Shown here one piece after another: positions 41,911-50,618 of a stretch of DNA of 64,000 nucleotides; within the stretch, counting starts at the first letter, position 1; each line of letters starts with the position of its first letter. The notes under the pieces are model-generated. The model worked only from the letters and a program-made list of their open reading frames with translations, searched no databases and was not told the origin of the DNA. The position numbers were made by a program, and so were the translations under genes. The DNA comes from an uncultured Bacteroidota bacterium. Lineage in GTDB: Bacteria; Bacteroidota; Ignavibacteria; UBA10030; UBA8401. Where the stretch lies: positions 3,987,704 to 4,051,703 of the forward strand of contig OY970334.1 of NCBI GenBank assembly GCA_963717445.1, written 5' to 3'.

Positions 41911-42123
41911 ATGAATATCAGGATTAGGATCGAGAAACTTGAATTGCCCAGGCGAAAATTGCGAGAGGAAGAAGCACGGCTGGAAGAAGAAGCAAGAAAA
42001 GCAGGATTTAGTCTCGATGAATATAAAGAAATCAAAAAACAAATTGCCGCATTGTCCCCTGAGGAGCTAATAGAACTGGCGGGGATGACACTCACGAAAG
42101 AACTTGAATCCGAGAACGAGTGA
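41911..42123 (+). CDS. Small hypothetical coiled-coil protein
   Basis: GAGG RBS; N-terminus MNIRIRIEKLE resembles the ORFs at 55124 and 55462. Confidence 0.6.
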   Translation: MNIRIRIEKLELPRRKLREEEARLEEEARKAGFSLDEYKEIKKQIAALSPEELIELAGMTLTKELESENE

Positions 42124-42169
42124 GTGAATATTTACATTTACCAAGATTCCGGAGGACGCCAGTGGCAAA

Positions 42170-42226
42170 TTTTCGTTTGCCTACGCTCTTTCGGTGACCT
42201 TGAGCGACTTGTTAGGGCGCCACGTT
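42170..42226 (-). other. Truncated integron attC site (left half only)
   Basis: Minus strand AACGTGGCGCCCTAAC-AAGTCGCTCAAGG directly after the ATPase stop; no matching GTTRRRY arm seen. Confidence 0.65.
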
Positions 42227-42431
42227 AGAAAGCCTTACCTTGAGTGATATTTAAGCCGTCCCGGTAGATCATCGGAATTTTATAGCTAATGCCGAATTCC
42301 TCAAGAAAGCCTATGTCCACAAGGAGTCTAATCTTGGTTCGTAACTCCTCGTCTTGGGATTGACCTGCCCCCCAAAAACCGATCCACTCTGAAGTTAGAA
42401 AATTTTATATTGTGGATCAACGGAGGCAGCA

Positions 42432-42710
42432 ATGAGCAGAAAAAAGCATACAGCGGAGGAGATCATCAACAAACTGCGAGAAGCAGAGGTCTTGCAGGCT
42501 AAGGGGATGTCGATCGAGGAAGTGATGCGACAGCTTGGAATAAGCGATGCAACGTATTACAAGTGGCGGAGGGAGTATGGAGGCCTACGGGTTGATCAGG
42601 CAAAGCGATTGAAGGAGCTAGAACAGGAGAACAGCCGATTGCGGAGGGTCGTGGCGGATCTGACGATTGATAACTCGATCTTGAAGGAAGCCTCACGGGG
42701 AAACTTTTAA
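42432..42710 (+). CDS. IS3 transposase OrfA
   Basis: HTH region (ISDATYYKWRREYGG) and leucine zipper LKELEQENSRLRRVVADL. Confidence 0.93.
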   Translation: MSRKKHTAEEIINKLREAEVLQAKGMSIEEVMRQLGISDATYYKWRREYGGLRVDQAKRLKELEQENSRLRRVVADLTIDNSILKEASRGNF

Positions 42711-42754
42711 GCCCGGTCAAACGGCGCCGGGCAGCGGAAGAGATCCAGGAAGAA

Positions 42755-43552
42755 ATGATCGTATCAGAGCGACGAGTATGCCGTGTATTGGGACAAGCAC
42801 GATCAACGCAGCGACAAGAGCACAGAGCCAGCGAAGAAGAAGAACGCCTTACACAGCGCATCACAGAGCTGGCATGTCAATATGGGCGTTATGGCTATCG
42901 TCGGGTAACCTTGTTACTGAGGACTGAAGGATGGCGTGTGAACCACAAGCGAGTCGAACGGATATGGCGTCAGGAAGGCCTGAAAGTGCCCAAAAGGCAG
43001 CGCAAGCGACGACGTCTATGGCTCAATGATGGATCCTATATCCGACTGAGACCAGAACACAAGGATCACGTCTGGAGTTATGATTTTGTTGCAGACAGAA
43101 CGAGTAATGGAAAACCGTTAAGGATGCTCAACGTGATCGACGAGTACACCAGAGAATGCCTGGCGATCAGGATTGACCGGAAGCTTACCTCGAACGATGT
43201 TGTGGAGGCTTTAGCAGAATTATTTGTGACGAGGGGAACCCCGGCACATATCCGCTCGGACAATGGACCGGAGTTTATTGCAGAGGCAGTACGAACATGG
43301 CTTCAACGGCTCGGTGTGGATCCACTCTTTATCGAACCGGGAAGTCCTTGGGAGAACGGATACATCGAATCATTCAACGGAAAGTTAAGAGACGAGTTGC
43401 TTAATGGAGAGATCTTTGATACAATTACGGAGGCAAAGGTTGTGACGGAACGATGGAGGAACTACTACAACAAAATCAGACCACACAGTTCGTTAGGCTA
43501 CAAACCACCGGCACCGGAAACATTTTATTCACTTCAGGTTGCCAATGCCTGA
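42755..43552 (+). CDS. IS3 transposase OrfB (DDE)
   Basis: WSYDF, RSDNGPEF, PWENGYIESFNGKLRDE, RPHSSLGY. Confidence 0.95.
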   Translation: MIVSERRVCRVLGQARSTQRQEHRASEEEERLTQRITELACQYGRYGYRRVTLLLRTEGWRVNHKRVERIWRQEGLKVPKRQRKRRRLWLNDGSYIRLRPEHKDHVWSYDFVADRTSNGKPLRMLNVIDEYTRECLAIRIDRKLTSNDVVEALAELFVTRGTPAHIRSDNGPEFIAEAVRTWLQRLGVDPLFIEPGSPWENGYIESFNGKLRDELLNGEIFDTITEAKVVTERWRNYYNKIRPHSSLGYKPPAPETFYSLQVANA

Positions 43553-44969
43553 AAAAATTAACTAACTTAACATTGGCACATAAACTGGGGGCAGGTCACG
43601 ATAGAGTAGCGGAATCATATTCAGATTTTTTGTCGCGGAAGGCTTGAATGAGATATGCGCTCTCGCCTGCTTCCGCAAGAAGAGTGTCTTCGACACGTTC
43701 TTGGCTTAGCGAGGTTAGTCCTCTCTTAATCGAGTCAGCCTGAAAGATTGACTCACCCACTTTCAGGGCGCGTGGATCGCGTTCTTCTTTGCGAATTTGA
43801 ATGTCTCGAGCTTTCTTAAGTAGATCGATTAAATTGCGAGGGGGCTTGACACCGTTACCATCACGAATTCGGGATAAGATCCAGGTCCACGTCAAAGGTT
43901 TTTTTTCTCCAACGTCGATTTGTTCAGGGAAGAAAAATGCGAAGATTTCTTTCTTAGTTCTTCCGCCAAGGTTTGCCTCATTGATGACTTTCGAGTTATT
44001 CATTATTCGACGCATCAAAAGGTCGAAGAGGTCCTCGTCGTTCCAAGTCACGGCTATTCTTCGGGCATTTACGTGGGTGAGGTTTACGAAGCCGCCTTCT
44101 ATTATTTTTCTAAACAAATCGTTCCTCACAAACAGCTTAAGGCGGATGTTCTCGAATTCGAGCAAATCGAGGTATGTTCTGAATAACGCACGAAGAGCTG
44201 GTTTTTCAGTATTTGGGAATCCTTGGAATGCTTCATCAAGTCTATCAATTACGACCCATGCTTTTAGTTCAATCTGAGCAAGAACTTGATTGAGAAGGAG
44301 AAATGCTTCATAATGGTCAACGACAGGATGCGGTGAGTCACGGGGAGGAGCCTCTTCTCCAAACTCTACTTTTGGTACCAGGATAGGCATTCCTTGTGGA
44401 CTAATCGTCATTTTTAATTCGACGGACTTTGGAGTGATTAATCTCTGAACAACATTAACCAATTTGGAGAAAACGGTGTTGGGTGTATCATCAACTGTGC
44501 GTAAATCAATTTTCTTGAGAAGATCGTCCAACTCGATCATTTCGTCAGAGTAAGATCCTTCATAAACCTGTAGAATCCAATTGCCAACAAGTGAGATGAT
44601 GTAAGCTTTCCAGATTGTCAAGTATTGCCCTTCATCAAGAACTTTCGTTTGTGCAAGGCGTTGGAAAACTGGATTGCCCGAAGGATTGAATCCGGTGATT
44701 ATCTCGGTGTCTTCAAGAGAGGCGATTGATCTGTATGTGCTTTGGAGGATTTTATAGAGTGACGTTTTACCGGTTCCTTTGTCGCCGGCTATAATGTCGC
44801 CTTTGTCTCCAATTAAAGAGCGAAAGGTATCGGTTTCCACGAAGTACTCTTGGAGGCCAGTGTCAAATTCAGCGACTGAACTTCCGAGGTTCAGGTCCTT
44901 CAGTATTTCTAATGGTGTCATTTTGATCTCCTCGTTCTAATGCATTATGTGTTGTGACGAAACGTGGCG

Positions 44970-45035
44970 ACCTAACGAACCCGAGCTAAACTGCAGCGAC
45001 GGCTGGTTCCCTTCGCTTTAGAGACTCATTAGCCC
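44970..45035 (-). other. Integron attC site (degenerate, ~66 bp)
   Basis: Minus strand GGGCTAATGAG...TTTAGCTCGGGTTCGTTAGGTC, ending in a perfect GTTRRRY; shares CGACGGCTGG with the attC at 45750. Confidence 0.65.
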
Positions 45036-45039
45036 GTGC

Positions 45040-45717
45040 TCAGATTGTTGCTTTAATAACGCGTTTTCGTTCTTCCTCAAGCGACGCTATCTGGTCCGCG
45101 CTGAATGGCTCGTACATTTTTACATCTTGATGAGTGATTAGGTTCTCCACAAGCCAGTGTCCAGCGGAAGTTATATTTTTGTGTATCTTCAACTCCCATT
45201 TCATTTCTGTTGTAGTGCCACTCGCTGTTGTCTTTCTTGTTTGAAGGCAGGTCATTATGCTGCCAACAGCAGTGCTAAGATAATCATATAGATCGGGCCC
45301 AAGAAATATGGAGGCGAGAAAAAGATTTTGGCGAGTTTCAAGAACTTTGTGCCAAAATCTATTGATTTCGTCCTTTGGAGTCGCCGTTGTCCACGACCAA
45401 CAATCTTGGTATTCGAAATAGAGCCCATAGACGGAATGATAGTGCGCAAGTTTTTTAGCGGCTGATTGTTTGGCAATTTCAAGCCTGAATCTGCTTCTCA
45501 ACTCTTCATCGCGGAAAGCTACATCGAGCTTGCGAGAAAAGGATTCAACTGATTTCTTCGATATTTCGTCCGCAATGCCTTCGACTCTTCTGAGAAAGTA
45601 ACGCAGGATAAGCCAAACGGCAATTCCTAAGGTAGTGAGAAGTAGCCCAATTGATGGCGCAAACATGCGAGCGACTTCTCGGACAGTTTTTAAGTAAAGG
45701 TCAATTTCTGTCGGCAT
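45040..45717 (-). CDS. Cassette-borne hypothetical membrane protein
   Basis: One N-terminal TM helix, GAGGAG RBS, bounded by attC sites. Confidence 0.7.
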   Translation of the reverse strand: MPTEIDLYLKTVREVARMFAPSIGLLLTTLGIAVWLILRYFLRRVEGIADEISKKSVESFSRKLDVAFRDEELRSRFRLEIAKQSAAKKLAHYHSVYGLYFEYQDCWSWTTATPKDEINRFWHKVLETRQNLFLASIFLGPDLYDYLSTAVGSIMTCLQTRKTTASGTTTEMKWELKIHKNITSAGHWLVENLITHQDVKMYEPFSADQIASLEEERKRVIKATI

Positions 45718-45749
45718 CTTGTTATTGACTCCTCAATAGTTGGTCTGCG

Positions 45750-45899
45750 CCCTAACGACCGGAGCTGAGCTGCGGCGGCGAACAGCCGCCAGGTAGTTCG
45801 TTGCGTGGATGTTCCACTCAGTTGTTCCTAAGACCGTCCAACACCGAGCGGCAAAATCGTCGACGGCTGGGTTCCGTCAGCTTGAGCGGCTGTTTAGGG
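45750..45899 (-). other. Integron attC site (~150 bp)
   Basis: Minus strand GCCCTAAACAGCCGCTCAAGCTGACGG...CCGCCGCAGCTCAGCTCCGGTCGTTAGGGC; outer arms GCGCCCTAA/TTAGGGCGC. Confidence 0.85.
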
Positions 45900-45916
45900 C
45901 GCAGCACGAATATGAG

Positions 45917-46615
45917 CTATTTGAATTCATATGGCTCTTCCGTTAGATGCGCTTCATTTTGTTTGCAATAAATGATACCAATATCACTCAGTAAGAATTG
46001 CATAGTCTTTGGATCCATTGCAACAAGTCCGCGTGATGCGAGCTCACGGATAGCGATGATGAACTCTGGATATTCAGGATTGAATGCTCCAATTGTGAAA
46101 GTCCATCGTTTTGAGAAGTCATCAAAGGCTTTTTGGTATTTCCAGAGAGTGGAAAGAATTTTATTTATAATTTTGGACAGATTTGCAGGCAAAGGTGCTA
46201 CTCCAAGCGGTAGAACTACGTCAGGTGCAGGTGCTGGCGTCGGAAAGGTTGCTTGACCTTGTTTAGATCTAAACTTCCACTGTCCAAATGAAATCTCTTC
46301 AAGGTTTTTAATATATTCCGCCAGATGTTGCAGTGCCGCTGACAGGTGCTTCCGAAACATGAGGACTAAAAACACAACAACGAATGGCCAAGCATATGCG
46401 ATGAGAAGGTCTTTGATCGTGATCCAACTATCAGGCAATTGTATTTGTTGGGTTGTGTTCGTACACTCTCGCGGGACTTGAATCGTTATCGTGTTTACAT
46501 TCTGAGGCTGTAAAGAAGTACCCTTGGTTTTAACAATAGCACTGTCCTTTTTAACAGTTCGAAGCACTTTTTTCACGCTCGTGGAAGGACAATTTGTTTG
46601 TTGGTCTGACGTCAT
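45917..46615 (-). CDS. Cassette-borne hypothetical membrane protein
   Basis: Central TM (YAWPFVVVFLVLMF), proline-rich linker, helical C-terminal domain; GAGGAGG RBS. Confidence 0.7.
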   Translation of the reverse strand: MTSDQQTNCPSTSVKKVLRTVKKDSAIVKTKGTSLQPQNVNTITIQVPRECTNTTQQIQLPDSWITIKDLLIAYAWPFVVVFLVLMFRKHLSAALQHLAEYIKNLEEISFGQWKFRSKQGQATFPTPAPAPDVVLPLGVAPLPANLSKIINKILSTLWKYQKAFDDFSKRWTFTIGAFNPEYPEFIIAIRELASRGLVAMDPKTMQFLLSDIGIIYCKQNEAHLTEEPYEFK

Positions 46616-46673
46616 TTGCTGTTCCTCCTCGTGTGAAAATATTCAGAGTTTTTGAGTTAAGTAGATGTGAAAT

Positions 46674-46705
46674 GTGCTGCGCCCTAACTAAGATTAGATT
46701 GTATG
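46674..46705 (-). other. First cassette junction / attI-like site
   Basis: Minus strand AATCTAATCTTA-GTTAGGGCGCAGCAC; no attC hairpin upstream of the GTT. Confidence 0.45.
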
Positions 46706-47024
46706 TAGCAATAACACGTTGCCTTTTAGTATGAATGATAGACTTCTCCCCACAGGATAATGTAAGAATCGTGGGAGTATGCGGTAGGTTTAAGATTGCC
46801 CCCGCTCTATCTCTGGTACAAAACTACACGATTTTGTAAGCAAACGCAACCTTATCCAACATTTGATTGAATTGCATATCCGCGATTTTTCCTCTATCTT
46901 TTCGTAGATTTCTTGAGGCGGAGACCTTATTTGAATCCATTCCCTTCGAATCAATTGACGAAATCCCATAATTCAAGGCATTCAAAAGTAAACAGACCGG
47001 TTCTTTTCTTATCAACATACAATC

Positions 47025-50000
47025 GTGAAAAATAAGAGTGCGATGAAACAGGTTGTCATCGAAAACCCGATTCTAAATTCCCCATTCAAGGAGCCGGCCC
47101 GCCATTTCCGATTCTCGGACGAAGGTATCACTAACGAGATTGTTGAAGGTCGCAGGATTAGTTCCTACTTCATCCCGATAGCCAAACCCCGAAAAAAAGG
47201 CGGGAATCAACTTACCTTCGATACTGAATGGACTGAAGATCGCATTGAAGAGAACAAGTTCATCAATCAAGTGCGAGAGCGGGTTGCACAATGGAGAAAT
47301 CAAGGGTATCCGTCTTCGAGCATTACCAAGACCACAAAGCAATTGCTTGAATATTGGCAACACGAGGATCGTACTCGGAAACTCTTCTTCTGTCAAATTG
47401 AAGCTGTAGAGACTGCCATCTATCTAACCGAGGTAGCCAAAAAATACGGTGATACCTGGATCGACAATAAGATTCATGCCGCCAATCTCGAAGCGAATCC
47501 GTTGCTCTACAGGGTCGCCTTTAAGATGGCTACCGGTTCCGGCAAAACTGTTGTCATGGCCATGATCATTGCATGGCAAGCGCTCAACAAGATTGCGAAC
47601 TCTCAGGACTCGCTTTTTTCCGATTCGTTCTTGATTGTCACACCGGGCATTACAATTCGTGATCGACTGCGCGTGCTGCTACCGAACGATCCGCAAAATT
47701 ACTACAAAGCGATGGACATAGTTCCGCCGGATTTGCTTGAGGAACTTGGTAAAGCTAAAATCATCATTACAAACTTTCATGCGTTTGGGCGGCGAGAAAA
47801 AGTTGCTGCTGGCAAACTTACAAAGAGCATTCTGAGTAAAGGTGACACATCCGTTTTTACTGAGACGCCCGACCAAATGGTCCGACGTGTCTGTCGAGAG
47901 CTTGGCAGCAAAAAAAACATCGTTGTAATCAACGATGAAGCACATCACTGCTACAGACGAAAAGCAGACGGTGAGGAAGAAATGCTTAAAGGTGATGAAC
48001 GCAAGGAAGCCGAGAAGCGTGAAGAGGAAGCGAGGATTTGGATTTCAGGACTTGAGGCTGTCAAAGCGAAACTTGGCCTCAAGGTTGTCTACGATCTTTC
48101 GGCTACTCCGTTCTTTTTGCGTGGATCAGGTTACCCAGAAGGGACGTTGTTCCCCTGGGTGGTATCAGATTTCTCGTTGATCGATGCAATAGAGTGCGGT
48201 ATCGTCAAGGTTCCTCGTGTCCCGGTTTCTGATGATTCGATGGTGGGGGATCAACCAACGTACCGCGATCTTTGGCTTCGCATCCGAGAACATTTGCCCA
48301 AAAAGGGACGTAAAACTCAGGCGCTTGAGGGAGAGCCCAATCTCCCAGTGGAACTCGAAGGTGCACTCCAGAGCCTATATCTCAACTACGAGAAGTACTA
48401 CAGAAAGTGGGAGCAAAACACTGAGGCTCGTTCACGTGGCCTTACCCCTCCGGTCTTCATCGTAGTCTGCAACAACACCAACGTTTCAAAGATGGTGTAC
48501 GACTATATTGCCGGATGGGAAAAAGAACTCCAAGACGAAGAAAGGATTGTAGTTCCTGGTAAACTCTCCCTCTTCAATAACGAAGAAAATGGAAAATGGA
48601 GTGCAAGACCGAACACGATCCTTGTGGACAGCCAGCAATTGGAATCGGGGGAAGCGATGAGTGATGATTTCAAGAAAATTGCTGCTGCCGAGATAGAAGA
48701 GTTCAAAGCAGAGTATCGCCTTCGTTTTCCAGGCCGGGACGTTGACATCCTAACGGACGAAGATCTACTTCGTGAGGTCATGAACACGGTGGGCAAACTT
48801 GGTAAACTTGGTGAGCAGATCAAATGCGTGGTAAGCGTGTCGATGCTAACCGAAGGGTGGGATGCAAATACTGTCACCCACATCCTTGGTGTGCGTGCCT
48901 TCGGTACACAACTGTTATGTGAACAGGTTGTCGGGAGAGGACTGCGCCGCATGAGCTATGCTGCAAATGAAAAGGGACACTTCATGCCCGAATACGCTGA
49001 GGTATATGGCGTACCGTTCTCCTTCATTCCCTCGGCAGGATCGGCTGTCGATCCAAGGCCCGGCCCAATGCCAACAAGAGTTCGTGCGCTTGAAGACCGA
49101 GTGGCCTGCGAGATTACGTTCCCTCGTCTTACTGGTTACCGATATGAACTGCCCGCTGAAAAACTTACGGCAAAGTTTACAGATGCTTCTCGAATGGCAT
49201 TATCAACTGCTGACATCCCAACCAAGACGGAGAATGCACCAATCGTTGGAGAAACGAGTATTCACACTCTCGACAAACTGAAACTGCGACGTGAGCAGGA
49301 AGTGATATTCCTGCTTTCTAAGTTTGTCTTAGAACGCTACTTGCGGGATGCTGATGACAATACAAAGCCGTGGCTATTCCCCCAACTGCTCCGCATCGCG
49401 AGAGATTGGCGCAACCAATGTGTTACGCTAAAAGACAACACCTTTGTTCAGCTGCTATTGCTCATCGAGTTCGCTAACCAAGCTGCTCAAAAAATCTATC
49501 ATGCAATTGTCAACGCAGATGAAGGCGGGAAGCGACTGATGCCGATTCTGCGACCATTCGATACTATCGGTTCCACTCGTTATGTTGACTTCGATACAAC
49601 TCGTTCCACGTATCGAACTCGTGAGGACCGGTGCCATGTGAACGATGTTGTTCTGCACAGTGGGTGGGAGGGGAAGATGGCGCAGACGCTTGAGGACATG
49701 GAAGATGTTTTCTGCTACGTTAAGAACCAGAATCTCGGGTTCACGATTCCATACACATTGGATTCCGAGGAGCACAACTACGTCCCCGACTTCATCGTGA
49801 AAGTAAATGATGGTCATGGGAAAGAAGACCTATTGAACCTTGTTATTGAGGTAACCGGTGAGAAGAAGAAGGACAAACAGGTGAAGGTATCAACTGCAAA
49901 GACACTTTGGATTCCTGCAGTGAATAATCACAGCGGTTTTGGACGATGGGACTTCTTGGAGATTGAAGATCCCTGGGATGCAGCTCATTCAATCATTGAC

Positions 50001-50258
50001 TTCCTGAGACAGAGAGGTGATTCACAAGCTATCATACAGAAAACCTCCGATGTATCGGGGGGTGAGGCATGTATCCGTAATACAAGGATTGCTGTATGGA
50101 CGATCATCAGCCTAATTAAGCTCGGATCTTCAGACGCTGACATAATCAAAGCATATCCTTCCCTGGATATGGTTGATCTTCAATCTGCTCGGTTTTACTT
50201 TGACCGGCACACTGATGAAATTGAGCAATCAATCAAGCAGCACGAGGAGGCAGATTAG
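47025..50258 (+). CDS. res: Type III restriction endonuclease Res (BPTD_3080-like) with C-terminal DUF433 fusion
   Basis: MATGSGKT, NDEAHH, SATP, MLTEGWD, QVVGRGLRR, PDF...IEVTG; then in frame SGGEACIRNTRIAVWTII...IIKAYPSL (DUF433-like). Confidence 0.88.
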   Translation: MKNKSAMKQVVIENPILNSPFKEPARHFRFSDEGITNEIVEGRRISSYFIPIAKPRKKGGNQLTFDTEWTEDRIEENKFINQVRERVAQWRNQGYPSSSITKTTKQLLEYWQHEDRTRKLFFCQIEAVETAIYLTEVAKKYGDTWIDNKIHAANLEANPLLYRVAFKMATGSGKTVVMAMIIAWQALNKIANSQDSLFSDSFLIVTPGITIRDRLRVLLPNDPQNYYKAMDIVPPDLLEELGKAKIIITNFHAFGRREKVAAGKLTKSILSKGDTSVFTETPDQMVRRVCRELGSKKNIVVINDEAHHCYRRKADGEEEMLKGDERKEAEKREEEARIWISGLEAVKAKLGLKVVYDLSATPFFLRGSGYPEGTLFPWVVSDFSLIDAIECGIVKVPRVPVSDDSMVGDQPTYRDLWLRIREHLPKKGRKTQALEGEPNLPVELEGALQSLYLNYEKYYRKWEQNTEARSRGLTPPVFIVVCNNTNVSKMVYDYIAGWEKELQDEERIVVPGKLSLFNNEENGKWSARPNTILVDSQQLESGEAMSDDFKKIAAAEIEEFKAEYRLRFPGRDVDILTDEDLLREVMNTVGKLGKLGEQIKCVVSVSMLTEGWDANTVTHILGVRAFGTQLLCEQVVGRGLRRMSYAANEKGHFMPEYAEVYGVPFSFIPSAGSAVDPRPGPMPTRVRALEDRVACEITFPRLTGYRYELPAEKLTAKFTDASRMALSTADIPTKTENAPIVGETSIHTLDKLKLRREQEVIFLLSKFVLERYLRDADDNTKPWLFPQLLRIARDWRNQCVTLKDNTFVQLLLLIEFANQAAQKIYHAIVNADEGGKRLMPILRPFDTIGSTRYVDFDTTRSTYRTREDRCHVNDVVLHSGWEGKMAQTLEDMEDVFCYVKNQNLGFTIPYTLDSEEHNYVPDFIVKVNDGHGKEDLLNLVIEVTGEKKKDKQVKVSTAKTLWIPAVNNHSGFGRWDFLEIEDPWDAAHSIIDFLRQRGDSQAIIQKTSDVSGGEACIRNTRIAVWTIISLIKLGSSDADIIKAYPSLDMVDLQSARFYFDRHTDEIEQSIKQHEEAD

Positions 50259-50594
50259 TTGGCCAAACTATACACCAATGAGAATTTCCCTCAGCCTTCA
50301 GTTGATGAACTTCGCAGATTAGGATATGACGTACTCACTTCGCATGAGGCTGGAAACTCAAATCAGCGAATCCCGGACCCCGATGTTCTTAATTATGCAA
50401 CTGAAAAAGAAAGAGTACTAATTACCTTCAACCGGAAACACTTCATAGCTTTGCACAAATCAAATGGTGTGCACTCCGGTATCGTAGTATGCACCGTGGA
50501 CAACGATTTCGTGGCGTTGGCGCAAAGGATAGACGTGGAACTTAAACAGAACGGTAACCCTGCTGGTATGCTGATCAAAGTCAACAGGCATTGA
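50259..50594 (+). CDS. DUF5615 PIN-like protein (putative toxin)
   Basis: LYTNENFP...LRRLGYDV...DPDVLNYA...RVLITFNRKHF...HSGI; TTG start right after the res stop, GAGGAGG RBS. Confidence 0.85.
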   Translation: MAKLYTNENFPQPSVDELRRLGYDVLTSHEAGNSNQRIPDPDVLNYATEKERVLITFNRKHFIALHKSNGVHSGIVVCTVDNDFVALAQRIDVELKQNGNPAGMLIKVNRH

Positions 50595-50618
50595 AGGTCT
50601 CGTCAATAGGACAAACCG

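Larger units (their letters stand above)
42361..43598 (+). mobile_element. IS3-family insertion sequence, 1238 bp
   Basis: Terminal IRs TGACCTGCCCCC / GGGGGCAGGTCA; orfA plus orfB in the -1 frame; slippery GGGAAAC at 42698-42704; flanks GGAT/CGAT (imperfect). Confidence 0.95.
42225..44921 (-). pseudogene. P-loop ATPase (Sll1717/FunZ-like) gene cassette interrupted by IS3
   Basis: GDKGTGKT Walker A, VVIDRLDE Walker B. The stop of ORF 43596-44921 is the IS end; the C-terminus SQDEELRTKIRLLVDIGFLEEFGISYKIPMIYRDGLNITQGKAF* lies at 42359-42225. Confidence 0.8.

Noticed and set aside
42357-43602. Perfect target-site duplication for the IS3 element
   Set aside because: Flanks are GGAT and CGAT (3/4), so a clean duplication cannot be claimed.
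46824-47018. 64-aa ORF or intI remnant between the cassette array and res
   Set aside because: No IntI-like residues in the frames I translated and no convincing RBS.
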